A stretch of DNA of 64,000 nt from Ostreococcus lucimarinus. Lineage: Eukaryota. Below are positions 36,714 through 46,804 of the stretch, piece by piece. Each line of letters opens with the position of its first letter. Within the stretch, counting starts at the first letter, position 1. The stretch lies in the NCBI GenBank assembly GCA_000092065.1, contig CP000584.1. The stretch is one strand, 5' to 3'. The notes below the pieces were generated by a model. The model was not told the DNA's origin. It worked only from the letters and a program-made list of their open reading frames with translations, and did no database searches. A program made the position numbers and the translations under genes.

Positions 36714-39700
36714 TTAGAAACCGACGAACTTTTCTTCGCTCGAGTTCGGCGGCGGACCGTTCATCCACGTAAACTTACCCGTCTTCGCGTCTTTGATGCT
36801 CGACAAGTCGGCTCGCGAGAGCTGTTCGGGGAGGAAATGAAGCGGGCGAAGTTTGCCGCTCATGACGGCTTCCCAGTCGATGGTTTCGTACCACGCGTGA
36901 CCCTTGATAGCGCCCAAGCCCGGCGCACGAATGCCTAAGCGGAGCGATTCGTCGCGCACGAAAATTTGCGACAACATCTCGTGCACGTCGTTGTCCATGC
37001 GTCGCGGCACGGGGACGGCGGCGAAATCCGCGCGAACGATGCGTTTGTACAAATCGCGACGCTGTCGGTCGCGAAACGGCGGAAATCCGGCGATCATTTC
37101 AAACACCAAGATACCGAACGCCCAGATATCCGCCGCGCGCGTGCATCCTTGATGCAAGATGAGCTCCGGCGCGAGGTAATCCGGCGTGCCGCAAATGGTG
37201 TACGCGCGTTGGCCTTTTTCCAACTTTTTCGCAAATCCAAAGTCACCGATCGTGATCGAGCCATCCGAGCGCAAGAGCAAGTTTTCGGGTTTCATGTCGC
37301 GATAGACATACCCGGCGCTGTGAATGTACTCCAGCCCGAGCAAGACTTGCGCGGTGTACACTTTGATTTGCCCAATGCCGGGTAATCCGCTTCTGTTGAA
37401 CAAGTCAAACATATCGCCGACGCAATCCTCGACGACGAGATATAGTGCCCATGGGTCCTGAAACGAGGCATAGTAGTTGCAAACGAACGGTGCATGGCGG
37501 AGTTCTTCTAGCGCGCGCCTTTCTGCCATACAATGCTCTTCTTCACCGTTTTCGATGACTTGCGATTTCGGCATGGTTTTAATCGCACACACCTTGCCCG
37601 AGCCCTTGTGCTTGGCGCGCAACACCAGACCGACCATGCCTTGTCCGAGGATGTCCACGACTTCGAACTCATTCAGACTCTTCGTACCTTGAAGCTCTAC
37701 GATCGTGGGACTGTGCGATCGTAGCGAGCCACTGAGCGCTGAGGAACGCTTCTCTTTAAGCGACGTCGCCGGCGGCTCGTGCAACATCGCCGTCTCCTCC
37801 GCGAGCACTGGCAAATGACCCGCTGATCCAGCTTGCGGAGACTTCTTCGCTCGTCCAAACGCGGCAAACTTCTTGCCAAAACGTAGGTGCTCGCTGGACG
37901 TTGATAACAGGTTCGATTGCGATCCGCTCGATGGCGACGGTGGCGACGGATCCAAGAACGTCGACACCGGCGCGCTGAGGTTAGGCGCGCTCGGATTCGC
38001 CGCGATCCGAAGACCAGCCAAAGCGCTGCTCGATCCTCGTTGCCGGCTCTCAGCACCTGGAATTCCGACGCCCGATTCTTCGTCGGCGCGCCTACTCGGC
38101 TCCATGTCTGCGCCGACGGAATCGACACCGATGACTTGCAAGACAAAGTTTTGCGTGCACGTCAAAATCACCGTATCCGTGAGCGCAATGTACACCCCTT
38201 GCATGGTCGTCTCTCCCGCCAAGACTTCGTCGCCGAAGTATCCACCGCTCGTGATCTTTCTGACCTTCGTCCGTCCGTTTTCCTTCATAGAGCACTCGAC
38301 TTCTCCGTCCATCACCATGAACATCTTCACTTGCATGCCTTCTCTGAAAATGACTTCACCGGCGCGGTAAGCGCGTCTACCGCGCTGCACGAGCAATTCA
38401 CTCAACGCCTCTAAACTCGCGTGTTCAAATGGCTTGAACACCGGACAATGTATGACGGCATCGTACGCCGCCTTGCGCGCCTTGGACATGACGTCTTGAA
38501 TCACCGCCGCGAAGACTTTTCGCGTGATGCCGAGCAAGACAGAATCCTCCGCGGCGACAAGCTTTGAAGGCGACGGCGTCGGTTCGGTGAGCACTTCTTC
38601 ACCCCACGTGTCACCAGACTTTAATGTCGTTCCATCCGGCACGACGTTAACTTTGCCATCAATGAGAAGGTAAAACGTATCCGCGCCTTCTCCCGCTTGT
38701 ATCACCGTGGCCCCCTCCGGGAACACCAAGCGCGTCGCCGCCTTGCTCAACGCCTCGACTAAAAGCCCGGCCAAACCGGCGTGACGCACGGCTGGAATCG
38801 AGCGAAGCGCCGATGCGAAAATATCGAGCTCCCACGATTGCGGCGGCGTCACGAGGTCGATGTATTGCGTGTTTTGAATGCCGCTTGCGCCTTCGCTCAC
38901 GCCCGGCAACGTTTGCTCCGTCGGGACGAAATCGGCGTCTCGAGGGATGGAAAATCGCTGCGAAATCGCGCGTCGATGACGCCTTAAAAGGAGAACCGAC
39001 TTAATGTACGCCAAGTCCGTCTCGCTCACCTTGCCGTGGGTCTTCATGTCCAAAAGTAAAAAACAATTTTCAACCGTGTCGCCGACGGTGAATAAATTTC
39101 CTCGAATCACGCTAATACCTCTCGCGACGCACGCGGTACAAAAATCTGCCATCAGCCCCGGTCGATCTAGCACTTGCATTTTAATCTCTGTCGCGTTTTC
39201 CACATCCTTATCGTCGAAGAGCACGCCGTGCACGCTTCGTTCCTTGGACACGAACGTTTCGTCTCGCTCCTCCTCCGCGAAGGGGCCGTACTTCTCCGTG
39301 TCCTCTGGGTCCTCCTCCGTCACCGCCTCCAGCGCGGCTTGCCTCTTCTCCGGTTTCTTCCGCACGATGTCCTCCAACTCTTGACTCACCTGCTCGCTCG
39401 ACTGTTCGCTCAATTTACACCGCGTCTCCTCCTCGCACACGTACAGCGTGTACAACACGCGTCGACTGTCCCGCACCACGTCCGCCTGCACCACGTTCAC
39501 CCCTTTCCGCGTCAAGTACGTCGCGATCTCGCTTATCAACCCAACGCGATCGGCGCACTCGATCCGTATGTACGTGTGATGCTCGTTCGCCGTGTTGCTC
39601 ACCGCCACGCGCGCCGCGTCCGCGTCGTCCGCGTTCAAAGTCGTCCCCGCGAGCTCGTCCGCCGCGTCCGCGACGCCGTCCGACCTACTCCCGCCTCGCT

Positions 39701-39743
39701 TCGAGCTTCGCGCGCGACTGAGAAATCTCTTGAGCAGTCCCAT
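36714..39743 (-). CDS. cGMP/cAMP-dependent protein kinase-like AGC kinase with two N-terminal ACT domains and two cyclic-nucleotide-binding domains (ACT-ACT-CNB-CNB-kinase), 1009 aa
   Basis: ATG at 39743..39741. ACT-like: YIRIECADRVGLISEIATYLTRKGVNVVQADVV and IKMQVLDRPGLMADFCTACVARGISVIRGNLF. CNB domains: …FPEGATVIQAGEGADTFYLLIDGKVNVV… and …YRAGEVIFREGMQVKMFMVMDGEVECS…. Kinase: VAIKTMPK…, YRDMKPENLLL, DFGFAKKL…TICGTPDYLAPE. AGC C-terminal tail present. Confidence 0.85.
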   Translation of the reverse strand: MGLLKRFLSRARSSKRGGSRSDGVADAADELAGTTLNADDADAARVAVSNTANEHHTYIRIECADRVGLISEIATYLTRKGVNVVQADVVRDSRRVLYTLYVCEEETRCKLSEQSSEQVSQELEDIVRKKPEKRQAALEAVTEEDPEDTEKYGPFAEEERDETFVSKERSVHGVLFDDKDVENATEIKMQVLDRPGLMADFCTACVARGISVIRGNLFTVGDTVENCFLLLDMKTHGKVSETDLAYIKSVLLLRRHRRAISQRFSIPRDADFVPTEQTLPGVSEGASGIQNTQYIDLVTPPQSWELDIFASALRSIPAVRHAGLAGLLVEALSKAATRLVFPEGATVIQAGEGADTFYLLIDGKVNVVPDGTTLKSGDTWGEEVLTEPTPSPSKLVAAEDSVLLGITRKVFAAVIQDVMSKARKAAYDAVIHCPVFKPFEHASLEALSELLVQRGRRAYRAGEVIFREGMQVKMFMVMDGEVECSMKENGRTKVRKITSGGYFGDEVLAGETTMQGVYIALTDTVILTCTQNFVLQVIGVDSVGADMEPSRRADEESGVGIPGAESRQRGSSSALAGLRIAANPSAPNLSAPVSTFLDPSPPSPSSGSQSNLLSTSSEHLRFGKKFAAFGRAKKSPQAGSAGHLPVLAEETAMLHEPPATSLKEKRSSALSGSLRSHSPTIVELQGTKSLNEFEVVDILGQGMVGLVLRAKHKGSGKVCAIKTMPKSQVIENGEEEHCMAERRALEELRHAPFVCNYYASFQDPWALYLVVEDCVGDMFDLFNRSGLPGIGQIKVYTAQVLLGLEYIHSAGYVYRDMKPENLLLRSDGSITIGDFGFAKKLEKGQRAYTICGTPDYLAPELILHQGCTRAADIWAFGILVFEMIAGFPPFRDRQRRDLYKRIVRADFAAVPVPRRMDNDVHEMLSQIFVRDESLRLGIRAPGLGAIKGHAWYETIDWEAVMSGKLRPLHFLPEQLSRADLSSIKDAKTGKFTWMNGPPPNSSEEKFVGF

Positions 39744-40084
39744 CGCGCGCGTCGCGCGCGCGCGCGTCCTCGCGCGTCGCGCCTTTACGATTGTTTATCG
39801 CGCGCGCGTCGCCTCGCGCGCCTCCGACGCGCTCGACGCGTCGCGCGCGCGTCCTCGCGCCGTCGCGCGCGCGCGCGCGTCGGACGTCCGGTCGCGCGTC
39901 GCTCGCGTCGTCGCGCGCGCGTCGTCGCGCGCGCGTCGTCGCGCGTCGAGCTCTGCGGTCGCGTCGGTCGCGGGACGCGGTCGGGACGCGGTCGGGACGC
40001 GCGCGCCGCTTCGCGACGCGCGACGACGCCGACGCGCGCGGCTCGCGACGCGCGCGCGCGTCCCGGACGCTCGACGTCGCGCGC

Positions 40085-40699
40085 ATGCCGTGGTTCGTGT
40101 GCGAGTCGTGCGGGGACACGCTGAAGAAGCCGAAGATTAAGGCGCACTTTAACCGCTGCGCCGCCGAGGCGTTCAGTTGCATCGACTGCAGCGCGACGTT
40201 CGATCGACGGAGCGTGCAGAATCACGTGGCGTGCGTGACGGAGCACGAGAAGTACGCGCTGGGGGCGACGAAGGGGGCGGCGGGACACGAGCGGGCGCGA
40301 GCGGTGGCGGCGGAGGGGACGGAGCGACGCGGCGGGGACGGCGGCGAGACGTTCGGAGAGGAGTTCCTGTCGACGAGGCCGCCGTGGAGGTGCTCGTGCT
40401 GCGGGGTGTCGTGCACGAGCGAGGAGACGCTGTCGGGGCACGCGAGCGGGAAGAAGCACAAGAGTAAGGCGAGGAGCGCGAGAGCGCGGGCGGCGGGCGA
40501 GACGCCGGGGAACGCCGAAACGGCCGAGGCGGTCGAGGCAAAGGCGAAGGATGAACGCGTTGAAAAGAAGGTGAAGAAGGAGAAGAAGGAGAAGAAGGAG
40601 AAGAAGGAGAAGAAGGAGAAGAAGGAGAAAAAAGGGAAGAAGTCTTCCGAAAAGGATTCATCCGACGACGGACCGAAGCGCAAAAAGGCGAAGAAGTAA
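40085..40699 (+). CDS. LYAR: LYAR-type C2HC zinc-finger nucleolar protein with Lys/Glu-rich C-terminal repeat tail
   Basis: ATG at 40085. MPWFVCESCGDTLKKPKIKAHFNRCAAEAFSCIDCSATFDRRSVQNHVACVTEHEKY matches LYAR N-terminal tandem C2HC fingers (MVFFTCNACGESVKK…CISEDQKY). Second finger WRCSCCGVSCTSEETLSGHASGKKHK. Tail (KKEKKE)n. Confidence 0.7.
   Translation: MPWFVCESCGDTLKKPKIKAHFNRCAAEAFSCIDCSATFDRRSVQNHVACVTEHEKYALGATKGAAGHERARAVAAEGTERRGGDGGETFGEEFLSTRPPWRCSCCGVSCTSEETLSGHASGKKHKSKARSARARAAGETPGNAETAEAVEAKAKDERVEKKVKKEKKEKKEKKEKKEKKEKKGKKSSEKDSSDDGPKRKKAKK
40565..40645 (+). repeat. (GAAGAAGGAGAA)n microsatellite, about 6 units, encoding the KKEKKE… tail of LYAR
   Basis: Read directly from the sequence. 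Confidence 0.7.
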
Positions 40700-40743
40700 G
40701 TCTGCTCTCGCGCGAATATCTAAATCTAATAACATTGCTAATA

Positions 40744-43281
40744 TCAAATCTTCACTTCTACTTCGTCGCCATCCGTGCACCGTTTGGACTTGAGCACGAA
40801 CGTCGGCGCGTCGTCGTCGGGCGAGCCGCTCACCAGGGAAAGTATGTGCGCGGCGCCGATAAAGTCCATGAAAAGCGAACCATCCTGAGCTGGCGCGATG
40901 CCCCATTTACCTTTGCCCCACGGCGTGTCGAGTGTACCATCTTTATGAAGGACTAATCCCGGATTACCTCCCCAAGATCCGGGTGCGGTCTCCGTCTTTT
41001 GCGACATCGCCAGAGCGAGCGGCGAATTATCGATGCCGTTGTGTTGCGCTCGCAACTTACACTCCTTCGCTCCCTTCCTCCCTTCGCTCCAGTTCCAGAC
41101 ATCAATCGCATTTGCTTCACCTTTCCAGTACTGCGCTATGACGGACACCATGCGATCGGGCTTTTCAGGGTGGTAGTTGATGTGCACGCTTGCGGGTCGG
41201 TGATCTGGGTACAGATCCTCGTCGTAACGCATGAAGCGGAACATGTACTTGGAATTCTGGAAACACATGTAGTTCATCACGCGCTGGCTCGTTCCAGAAT
41301 ACTTCTTATGCTTGGACTGACCCCAGAGATACACCTGCTCCTCGTTGTACGCCGTCTGGTCCCACGTATTCTTCTCCGACGCCATGCGTTCGGCGAGTCT
41401 TGACATCATCGCCTTCGTCTCGTGCGTCGCCGCGACGAAAAACAACCCGCTATTCCGTGCGATCAACCGTCGCTGACCGTTCCATGAGAAACCGTACGAC
41501 GTCGGATCGTCCCATCCATCGGTCATTCCTTCGACGTCGGCGTCTCGATAGATCAAGCGTTTGTTTCTCGCGCTCTCACCTGCAGCGAAAGGATCTTGCA
41601 TCCAAACCACATCCACATCCGATAACAACACCGACGTCCCAGTGGATACGAATTCATTCAACACTCGGAACTTTAATCCCGACGTCGCGTGATTGTCAGT
41701 ACTACCTGTGATTGACGTTAGCTCGCGGTGATAGTACGGCACCTCGCGCTGCTTGCACCAATCCGCAGTCTCGCTATCGAGAGCCACAATGACGTAGTTC
41801 GTGATCCCCGTCCGCTTCAACCCATCGATGTACAGCTCAAGCATGTGAAAGATGTTCTTGTTACTCACCGCCGCGAGAACTTCGCGGTTTCGCGCGACTT
41901 TTCTAACCACCTCGCACAAATCCGCAAACTCGTCGCACGCGACCGGGTACTCACCCTCGGGCTCGGCGATGTATCGCAGCTCTCGCGGCTTCGGTCCTAT
42001 TCTCTCGTCTGCCTTCACGATGCCACATTTCTCCCTTCGCATTACGTGCGCCTTCGCATCCTTAAAGTTGGGCTCTTGCGCCACGACGGCGTTTTCATCC
42101 GTCGTCTGACCGTCCCAATGCGTCGAACCGTCGGGCACGTGAGCGACGCTCCCCTTTTCGGCAAAACACTCCGAATTAAGTAATCGAAACGATACACCCG
42201 CACGCTGCCGCGCATCGTGCGCTGGTAGGAGAATTTCATCCGTGAGAGCGTCGTCGCTTCCGTCAAAGTCGGACGCTTCCGACGCCAACCAATGGACGAG
42301 CGAATACGTCGCTCGCGTAGGTCGAAGCACCACGAACGTCGTCCGAATGAGAGGAATCACCATCGATTGCGAGTACTGCGACCACCCCATGGCGGGATCA
42401 GCCATGCCTTGCACGCGTGCGCTCCTCTTTCCGTCTCCTCGAATCGTCGCGCTCACGTCGGCGCCGTCGTCGAGCAACGCCGTCAAAGGATTCGACGCGA
42501 ACTTCACCGTCGACGACGCCAGAGCGACGGCGTGCCCGCGTTGCAGCACCACCGCCGCCGTCATCCATCCTCCCTCGTTTCTGCTCGCACCCTCGCTCGG
42601 CAAATGCGACGGCACGCCGGCCGTCTCGCACGTCGCCTTCTCCGTCTCGCTCGTCGTCGCCACCAACACCGCGCGCGCCCCGGACGCTTTCGCCGCTCGC
42701 ACGCGCGCGTCGATCGTACCACCGTACACGACCAAAAATCCAAACTCCGCGGAATCTTCCGAGCGAAGTTTCGCGAGATGCGCGCACGCCGTCGTCTCGA
42801 GCGTCGCGTCCCGCGTCGCCTCTCGCGCCTCGCCCGGCGCCGCGCACGACGCCCTTCCTCGCGCCGCCTTCGGCGCGCGTTCGACCCACGCCTCGGGCAC
42901 GCTCAACTCACCGTGCGTCGACGTCCGCGCCGTCGCCATCGCGTCGCGCGTTGTCGTCGTCGTCGTCCCGTCGTCGCCGTCTCGCGCGCGTCCCGCGAAG
43001 TCTCCGCGCGCGTCCCGCGGTCGCGTCGCCTCCGGCGCGCGCTCCATCGCGCGCCCGCGCGCGTCGTCCGCGACCATCGCGCGCGCGTTCGCCGCGCTCG
43101 AGCGCGCGTCGCTCGAGCGCGCGTCGATGGTTTCGGGCGCGAAAGTCTCGCGCGCGGTGAACGGTGAACGGCCGCGCGCGGCGACGACGCCCAGCGCGAC
43201 GACGACGCACGCGATCGCGCCCGCGCGCGCGATGGCGCGCGTGACGCCGCGACGGACGACCCGGCGGACGACGCGCGCCAT
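40744..43281 (-). CDS. Type II membrane glycosyltransferase with nucleotide-diphospho-sugar transferase domain (GT77-like; RRA/XEG113 arabinosyltransferase family) plus C-terminal domain of unknown function
   Basis: ATG at 43281..43279. N-terminal signal-anchor AIACVVVALGVVAA. Domain NIFHMLELYIDGLKRTGITNYVIVALDSETADWCKQREVPYYH…LKFRVLNEFVSTGTSVLLSDVDVVWMQDPF is characteristic of PF03407 (Nucleotid_trans). Confidence 0.7.
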   Translation of the reverse strand: MARVVRRVVRRGVTRAIARAGAIACVVVALGVVAARGRSPFTARETFAPETIDARSSDARSSAANARAMVADDARGRAMERAPEATRPRDARGDFAGRARDGDDGTTTTTTRDAMATARTSTHGELSVPEAWVERAPKAARGRASCAAPGEAREATRDATLETTACAHLAKLRSEDSAEFGFLVVYGGTIDARVRAAKASGARAVLVATTSETEKATCETAGVPSHLPSEGASRNEGGWMTAAVVLQRGHAVALASSTVKFASNPLTALLDDGADVSATIRGDGKRSARVQGMADPAMGWSQYSQSMVIPLIRTTFVVLRPTRATYSLVHWLASEASDFDGSDDALTDEILLPAHDARQRAGVSFRLLNSECFAEKGSVAHVPDGSTHWDGQTTDENAVVAQEPNFKDAKAHVMRREKCGIVKADERIGPKPRELRYIAEPEGEYPVACDEFADLCEVVRKVARNREVLAAVSNKNIFHMLELYIDGLKRTGITNYVIVALDSETADWCKQREVPYYHRELTSITGSTDNHATSGLKFRVLNEFVSTGTSVLLSDVDVVWMQDPFAAGESARNKRLIYRDADVEGMTDGWDDPTSYGFSWNGQRRLIARNSGLFFVAATHETKAMMSRLAERMASEKNTWDQTAYNEEQVYLWGQSKHKKYSGTSQRVMNYMCFQNSKYMFRFMRYDEDLYPDHRPASVHINYHPEKPDRMVSVIAQYWKGEANAIDVWNWSEGRKGAKECKLRAQHNGIDNSPLALAMSQKTETAPGSWGGNPGLVLHKDGTLDTPWGKGKWGIAPAQDGSLFMDFIGAAHILSLVSGSPDDDAPTFVLKSKRCTDGDEVEVKI

Positions 43282-43386
43282 CGCGCGCGGTCGCGCGTCG
43301 GGCGATGCGGCGACGCGCGCGGCGCTCGAGGCTGCGAACCGGCGCGCGCGCGTTTAAAAAGCTTTACATCGTAATCTAGCGTTCCG

Positions 43387-44154
43387 TCACATCGTCGTCG
43401 ACCAACTCGTGCCGCGAGTGTTGATGGCGGACCCCGGACGCTCGTCCCCGGCGGCGAACTGCACGGCGCTCAGCAGCTGCTCCACCTCTGGGTGGGCGTT
43501 GGTGTCGATGGCGACTTCGCCGCGAACGATCATTCTCGACGTCGGTAACTGCGCCTCGGGAACGCTGGCGTCGTTGAGGCCGTAGAAATCTCGCGTATCA
43601 TCGTCTCGCGTGCTAAAATACGTCACCTCGACCCCGGCGCCGATGAAGACGCCCTTGGAATACGAGTAGTGGTGCACGCCGACGGCTTTTCGCGCCTCGC
43701 GTCCGTCGACGTACTTTGAATCCATCCCGATGAACGCGCTTCCATCGATCGACCGACCCAGCGGTCCGAGCGACACGCTCGCCGTGAGTCCAACCTTGAC
43801 GCTCTGCTCGCTGAAGCACGTCTCCACCGCCTCATCCGTGTCCAGCACGTACACCTGCGCGTCCTCCTTGTACCCGACGCCGAACATCCCCGTCGCCCCG
43901 CCCCCGCTCAGCGCCACGGGCGCGCCCCACGCCTCGCTCCCGGGTTTCTTCGCGATCAACACGCCGTGCGTGAACGTGCCTCCGCCGAAGAATCCCACGG
44001 TGTACGACGTCAAGAACGCGATCCCTCGCGCCTCGCGAAGGTGTTCGGACCCGATCTCCATGTCCGTGTCCGCCGTCGCCGCGCTCGTGTAGTCCTCCAG
44101 CATGGCGATCGCGCGCAGGATCTCGCGCTTCAACTGCAGGTGTTTCGAGCTCAT
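43387..44154 (-). CDS. SYLF (Ysc84/DUF500) lipid-binding domain protein
   Basis: ATG at 44154..44152. GIAFLTSYTVGFFGGGTFTHGVLIAKKPGSEAWGAPVALSGGGATGMFGVGYKEDAQVYVL…FIGAGVEVTYFS pattern is typical of SYLF domains. Confidence 0.75.
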   Translation of the reverse strand: MSSKHLQLKREILRAIAMLEDYTSAATADTDMEIGSEHLREARGIAFLTSYTVGFFGGGTFTHGVLIAKKPGSEAWGAPVALSGGGATGMFGVGYKEDAQVYVLDTDEAVETCFSEQSVKVGLTASVSLGPLGRSIDGSAFIGMDSKYVDGREARKAVGVHHYSYSKGVFIGAGVEVTYFSTRDDDTRDFYGLNDASVPEAQLPTSRMIVRGEVAIDTNAHPEVEQLLSAVQFAAGDERPGSAINTRGTSWSTTM

Positions 44155-44276
44155 CGCGCGCCGTGCGTCGCGCGCGCGCGCGTGTGGCGCCTCTCAGTGT
44201 CGTCAACGTTTAGTGTTACGACGCCGCGACGCCGCGACGCCGCGCGCGACGACGCACGGCGACGCGCGACGCGGGC

Positions 44277-45968
44277 ATGCGCGCGCGCGCGCGCGCGCGT
44301 CGCGACGCCGACGACGACGACGACGACGACGCGCGCGCGCGTCGCGCGCGACGCGACGGCGATGACGGTTGGTCTGCCGCGGCGAGACTGCGCGAGGCGT
44401 CCGCGCGCGGCGACGTCGCGGCGTGGACGGGAGACGACGCGCGCGCGTTCGTGAACGCGCGCGGCGTCGACGCGATCGCGGGCGTCGGACGCGCGCGGGC
44501 GAGGGAGGCGGCGACGGCGCTGTCGCGCGCGCTGGGCGCGACGCCGCGCGCGGGCGAGACGACGTCGGCGCTGACGACGACGACGAGGGACGAGAGACGG
44601 GCGCCTCGCGAGGCGGTCGACGACGGCGATGGTGATGCGCGCGATGCGTTCAGCGGACGACCGGGCGTCGCGCGAGGGGTGGAGCTGGACGCGGAGGCGT
44701 TCGAGGGGATTTTGGCGGACGCGTCGGAGCGACGGGACGCGCGGGCGCTGTACGCCGCGCAGGTGCCGATGGCGCGCGTGGGCGAATTGGATGTCGATGG
44801 AACGCTTTACGACGAAGGGTTTCGGAGGTTTTGCGAGAGGCACGACGCGCAGAGACATTGCTGGGTCAACGGCGCGAAGCGGGCGACGACGAATTTGCAC
44901 TACGACAACTACGATAACGTTCTCGCGGTGTTGTCGGGTGAGAAGCGCGTGCGCCTGATTCAACCTTCGTTCTGCGCGGGTGGTGGTGAGAGGCCGTTTG
45001 GGGGGGTGTGCGCCGGCGCCGACGACTCGAACCACGCGTGTGGAAAACTCGAGACGGCGCCGACGTGGCGTTTCTTCACGCTCGGGCCGGGCGAATCCAT
45101 TTTTATTCCGAGCGGTTGGTATCACGAAGTGACGTCGGCCCCGTTTACAGTCGCGGTGAGTCATTGGTGGCGAAACGATTTCAACGCAGCTCTCGAAACG
45201 GTGCTCCGTGACGGGAGACGCAGCACGTATCACTTTCGCAGAGCGTTTGAATCGGCGCTCGACGTCTCCGTACACAACGAAACCGAGTCCTGTCGCGCCG
45301 TTGTTCGCGAAATCATGGAACGCGAGCTCGTCAAAAATAGGACGCTGACGTATAGAGTACTCGATGCGTACATTGGCAACTTCGTTCCGTGGGACGACGT
45401 GTTTGATTTTTTAACGCGTCGCGGAACGAGTTTGATCACAAAGGAAAATCGCCTCGAGCTCGGAACGGAGCGCGAGTCTCGCAAAGAGAACGAAAAAACA
45501 GTGAACGCATTTATCACTCGCATTTGGTTAAAAGACGGCATCGACCTCTCCGTCATGACTCGGTACTTGAAAGCGATGACGCCTGACAAAAACATCGCCA
45601 CTGCGTTGAGTCACGCGCTGCGCGAAGCCCAATCATCCGCGTCTCGTTCGACGGAGGAATCGGACGCCAGTCGTGCGCATCACCATCACGATTGCATCTA
45701 CGCGCATCACTTCGACATATTTTGGCGTGCCGTGACGACGGCGCTCGAATCGGGCGACGCCGAGTCGTGGGGAGCGCTGTACGCCGCCGCGCGGTGCGAA
45801 GAATTTCCACGAAACGACGACGTCGTGCGAGCGGTACTGCGCAACCAAAAATACGCCGTCGCATACCGCGCGCAAGCGCTTCTACAGGACAACTTAGAAG
45901 ACGACGACGTGTGTTTCACCGTAGACGTTCGAGTGCGTAGACGTGCGGAGCTCGCAGTAGACTTTTAG
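44277..45968 (+). CDS. JmjC (cupin-like) domain-containing protein, 563 aa
   Basis: ATG at 44277 (N-terminus low-complexity). JmjC core WVNGAKRATTNLHYDNYDNVLAVLSGEKRVRLIQPS…ESIFIPSGWYHEVTS (HxD…H Fe-binding context). Confidence 0.7.
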   Translation: MRARARARRDADDDDDDDARARRARRDGDDGWSAAARLREASARGDVAAWTGDDARAFVNARGVDAIAGVGRARAREAATALSRALGATPRAGETTSALTTTTRDERRAPREAVDDGDGDARDAFSGRPGVARGVELDAEAFEGILADASERRDARALYAAQVPMARVGELDVDGTLYDEGFRRFCERHDAQRHCWVNGAKRATTNLHYDNYDNVLAVLSGEKRVRLIQPSFCAGGGERPFGGVCAGADDSNHACGKLETAPTWRFFTLGPGESIFIPSGWYHEVTSAPFTVAVSHWWRNDFNAALETVLRDGRRSTYHFRRAFESALDVSVHNETESCRAVVREIMERELVKNRTLTYRVLDAYIGNFVPWDDVFDFLTRRGTSLITKENRLELGTERESRKENEKTVNAFITRIWLKDGIDLSVMTRYLKAMTPDKNIATALSHALREAQSSASRSTEESDASRAHHHHDCIYAHHFDIFWRAVTTALESGDAESWGALYAAARCEEFPRNDDVVRAVLRNQKYAVAYRAQALLQDNLEDDDVCFTVDVRVRRRAELAVDF

Positions 45969-46017
45969 TAGATAGAATCCAAAATCCTCAAACCGCCGCG
46001 CTCGAGTAGACATCGAC

Positions 46018-46776
46018 ATGTTCGCCCTGTCCGCATCGACGGCGCACGCGCCTGCGTTCGCGTCCTACCCGTCGCACCCGCGTGCGCGCGCGCGCGCGCG
46101 TCGCGTCGCGTCGTCGTTCGCGCGCCAGACCTCTGTCCCAATCGCGCGCGTTCGCGACGCCATCGCGCGCGCCTCGAGCGCCGATGAATCGAACGACGAC
46201 GCGAGTGATACCGTGACGAGTGGTTCTTCTTTCGATGGGTTCTCCACGACGCCTGGTGACGAGGACGCGCAGTACATCGCGGACATGGTGACGGAGATCA
46301 AAGACTGGCTCAAGCTGCTGTACGTCAAGCGAGAGATGTCGTTCAACGAAATCAAGCTCACGGTCGGGATCGAGGACCCGAGATTGGCGGAAAATCGAGA
46401 GCGATACGGGATTGAAGACGAGAGCGGGGTGAGCGCGGACGAAAAGGTGGAGACGCTTGAGATGATTGAACGAGGGGAAACGCCGACGGATGCGCGAGCG
46501 GTGTCGACGCTTTTGGAAGAGTTTAGGAATTGGCCGGGATTGGACGCGGTGGTGGATCAAAGCGTGGATGCCGGTCCTTCGAGGTATGAAGAAATCGCGA
46601 TGCGATCGGCGGGCATCAAGACGTCGAACCCGCGGCGGGTTCGAGCGAAAGAGGCGGAGGAGGAAAAGAAGGAGGGCACGATTTTTGGCTTCTTGCCGTT
46701 GTACCTGGTGAGCGCGGTGCCGATTTTCATCACCGTCTTCGCGGTCGGTATCATGTTCGTCAACTCGCTACAATAG
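46018..46776 (+). CDS. Hypothetical tail-anchored protein with transit-peptide-like N-terminus (likely organelle-targeted), 252 aa
   Basis: ATG at 46018. S/A/R-rich N-terminus, acidic middle, C-terminal TM GFLPLYLVSAVPIFITVFAVGIMFVNSLQ*. No assignable domain. Confidence 0.5.
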   Translation: MFALSASTAHAPAFASYPSHPRARARARRVASSFARQTSVPIARVRDAIARASSADESNDDASDTVTSGSSFDGFSTTPGDEDAQYIADMVTEIKDWLKLLYVKREMSFNEIKLTVGIEDPRLAENRERYGIEDESGVSADEKVETLEMIERGETPTDARAVSTLLEEFRNWPGLDAVVDQSVDAGPSRYEEIAMRSAGIKTSNPRRVRAKEAEEEKKEGTIFGFLPLYLVSAVPIFITVFAVGIMFVNSLQ

Positions 46777-46804
46777 ACTAATTTTGTGACGCCTGCTAAT
46801 TCAA

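Noticed and set aside
39174-40459. ORFs 39174..40124 (+), 39592..40140 (+), 39685..40182 (-), 39785..40459 (-)
   Set aside because: They lie over the PKG 5' end, the GC-only divergent promoter and the LYAR 5' region. All are R/A-rich with no domain signal. The true LYAR ORF starts at the ATG at 40085.
42242-43357. 371-aa and 291-aa plus-strand ORFs antisense to the GT77-like gene
   Set aside because: Antisense to a gene with a clear nucleotide-sugar transferase domain. R/A/S-rich.
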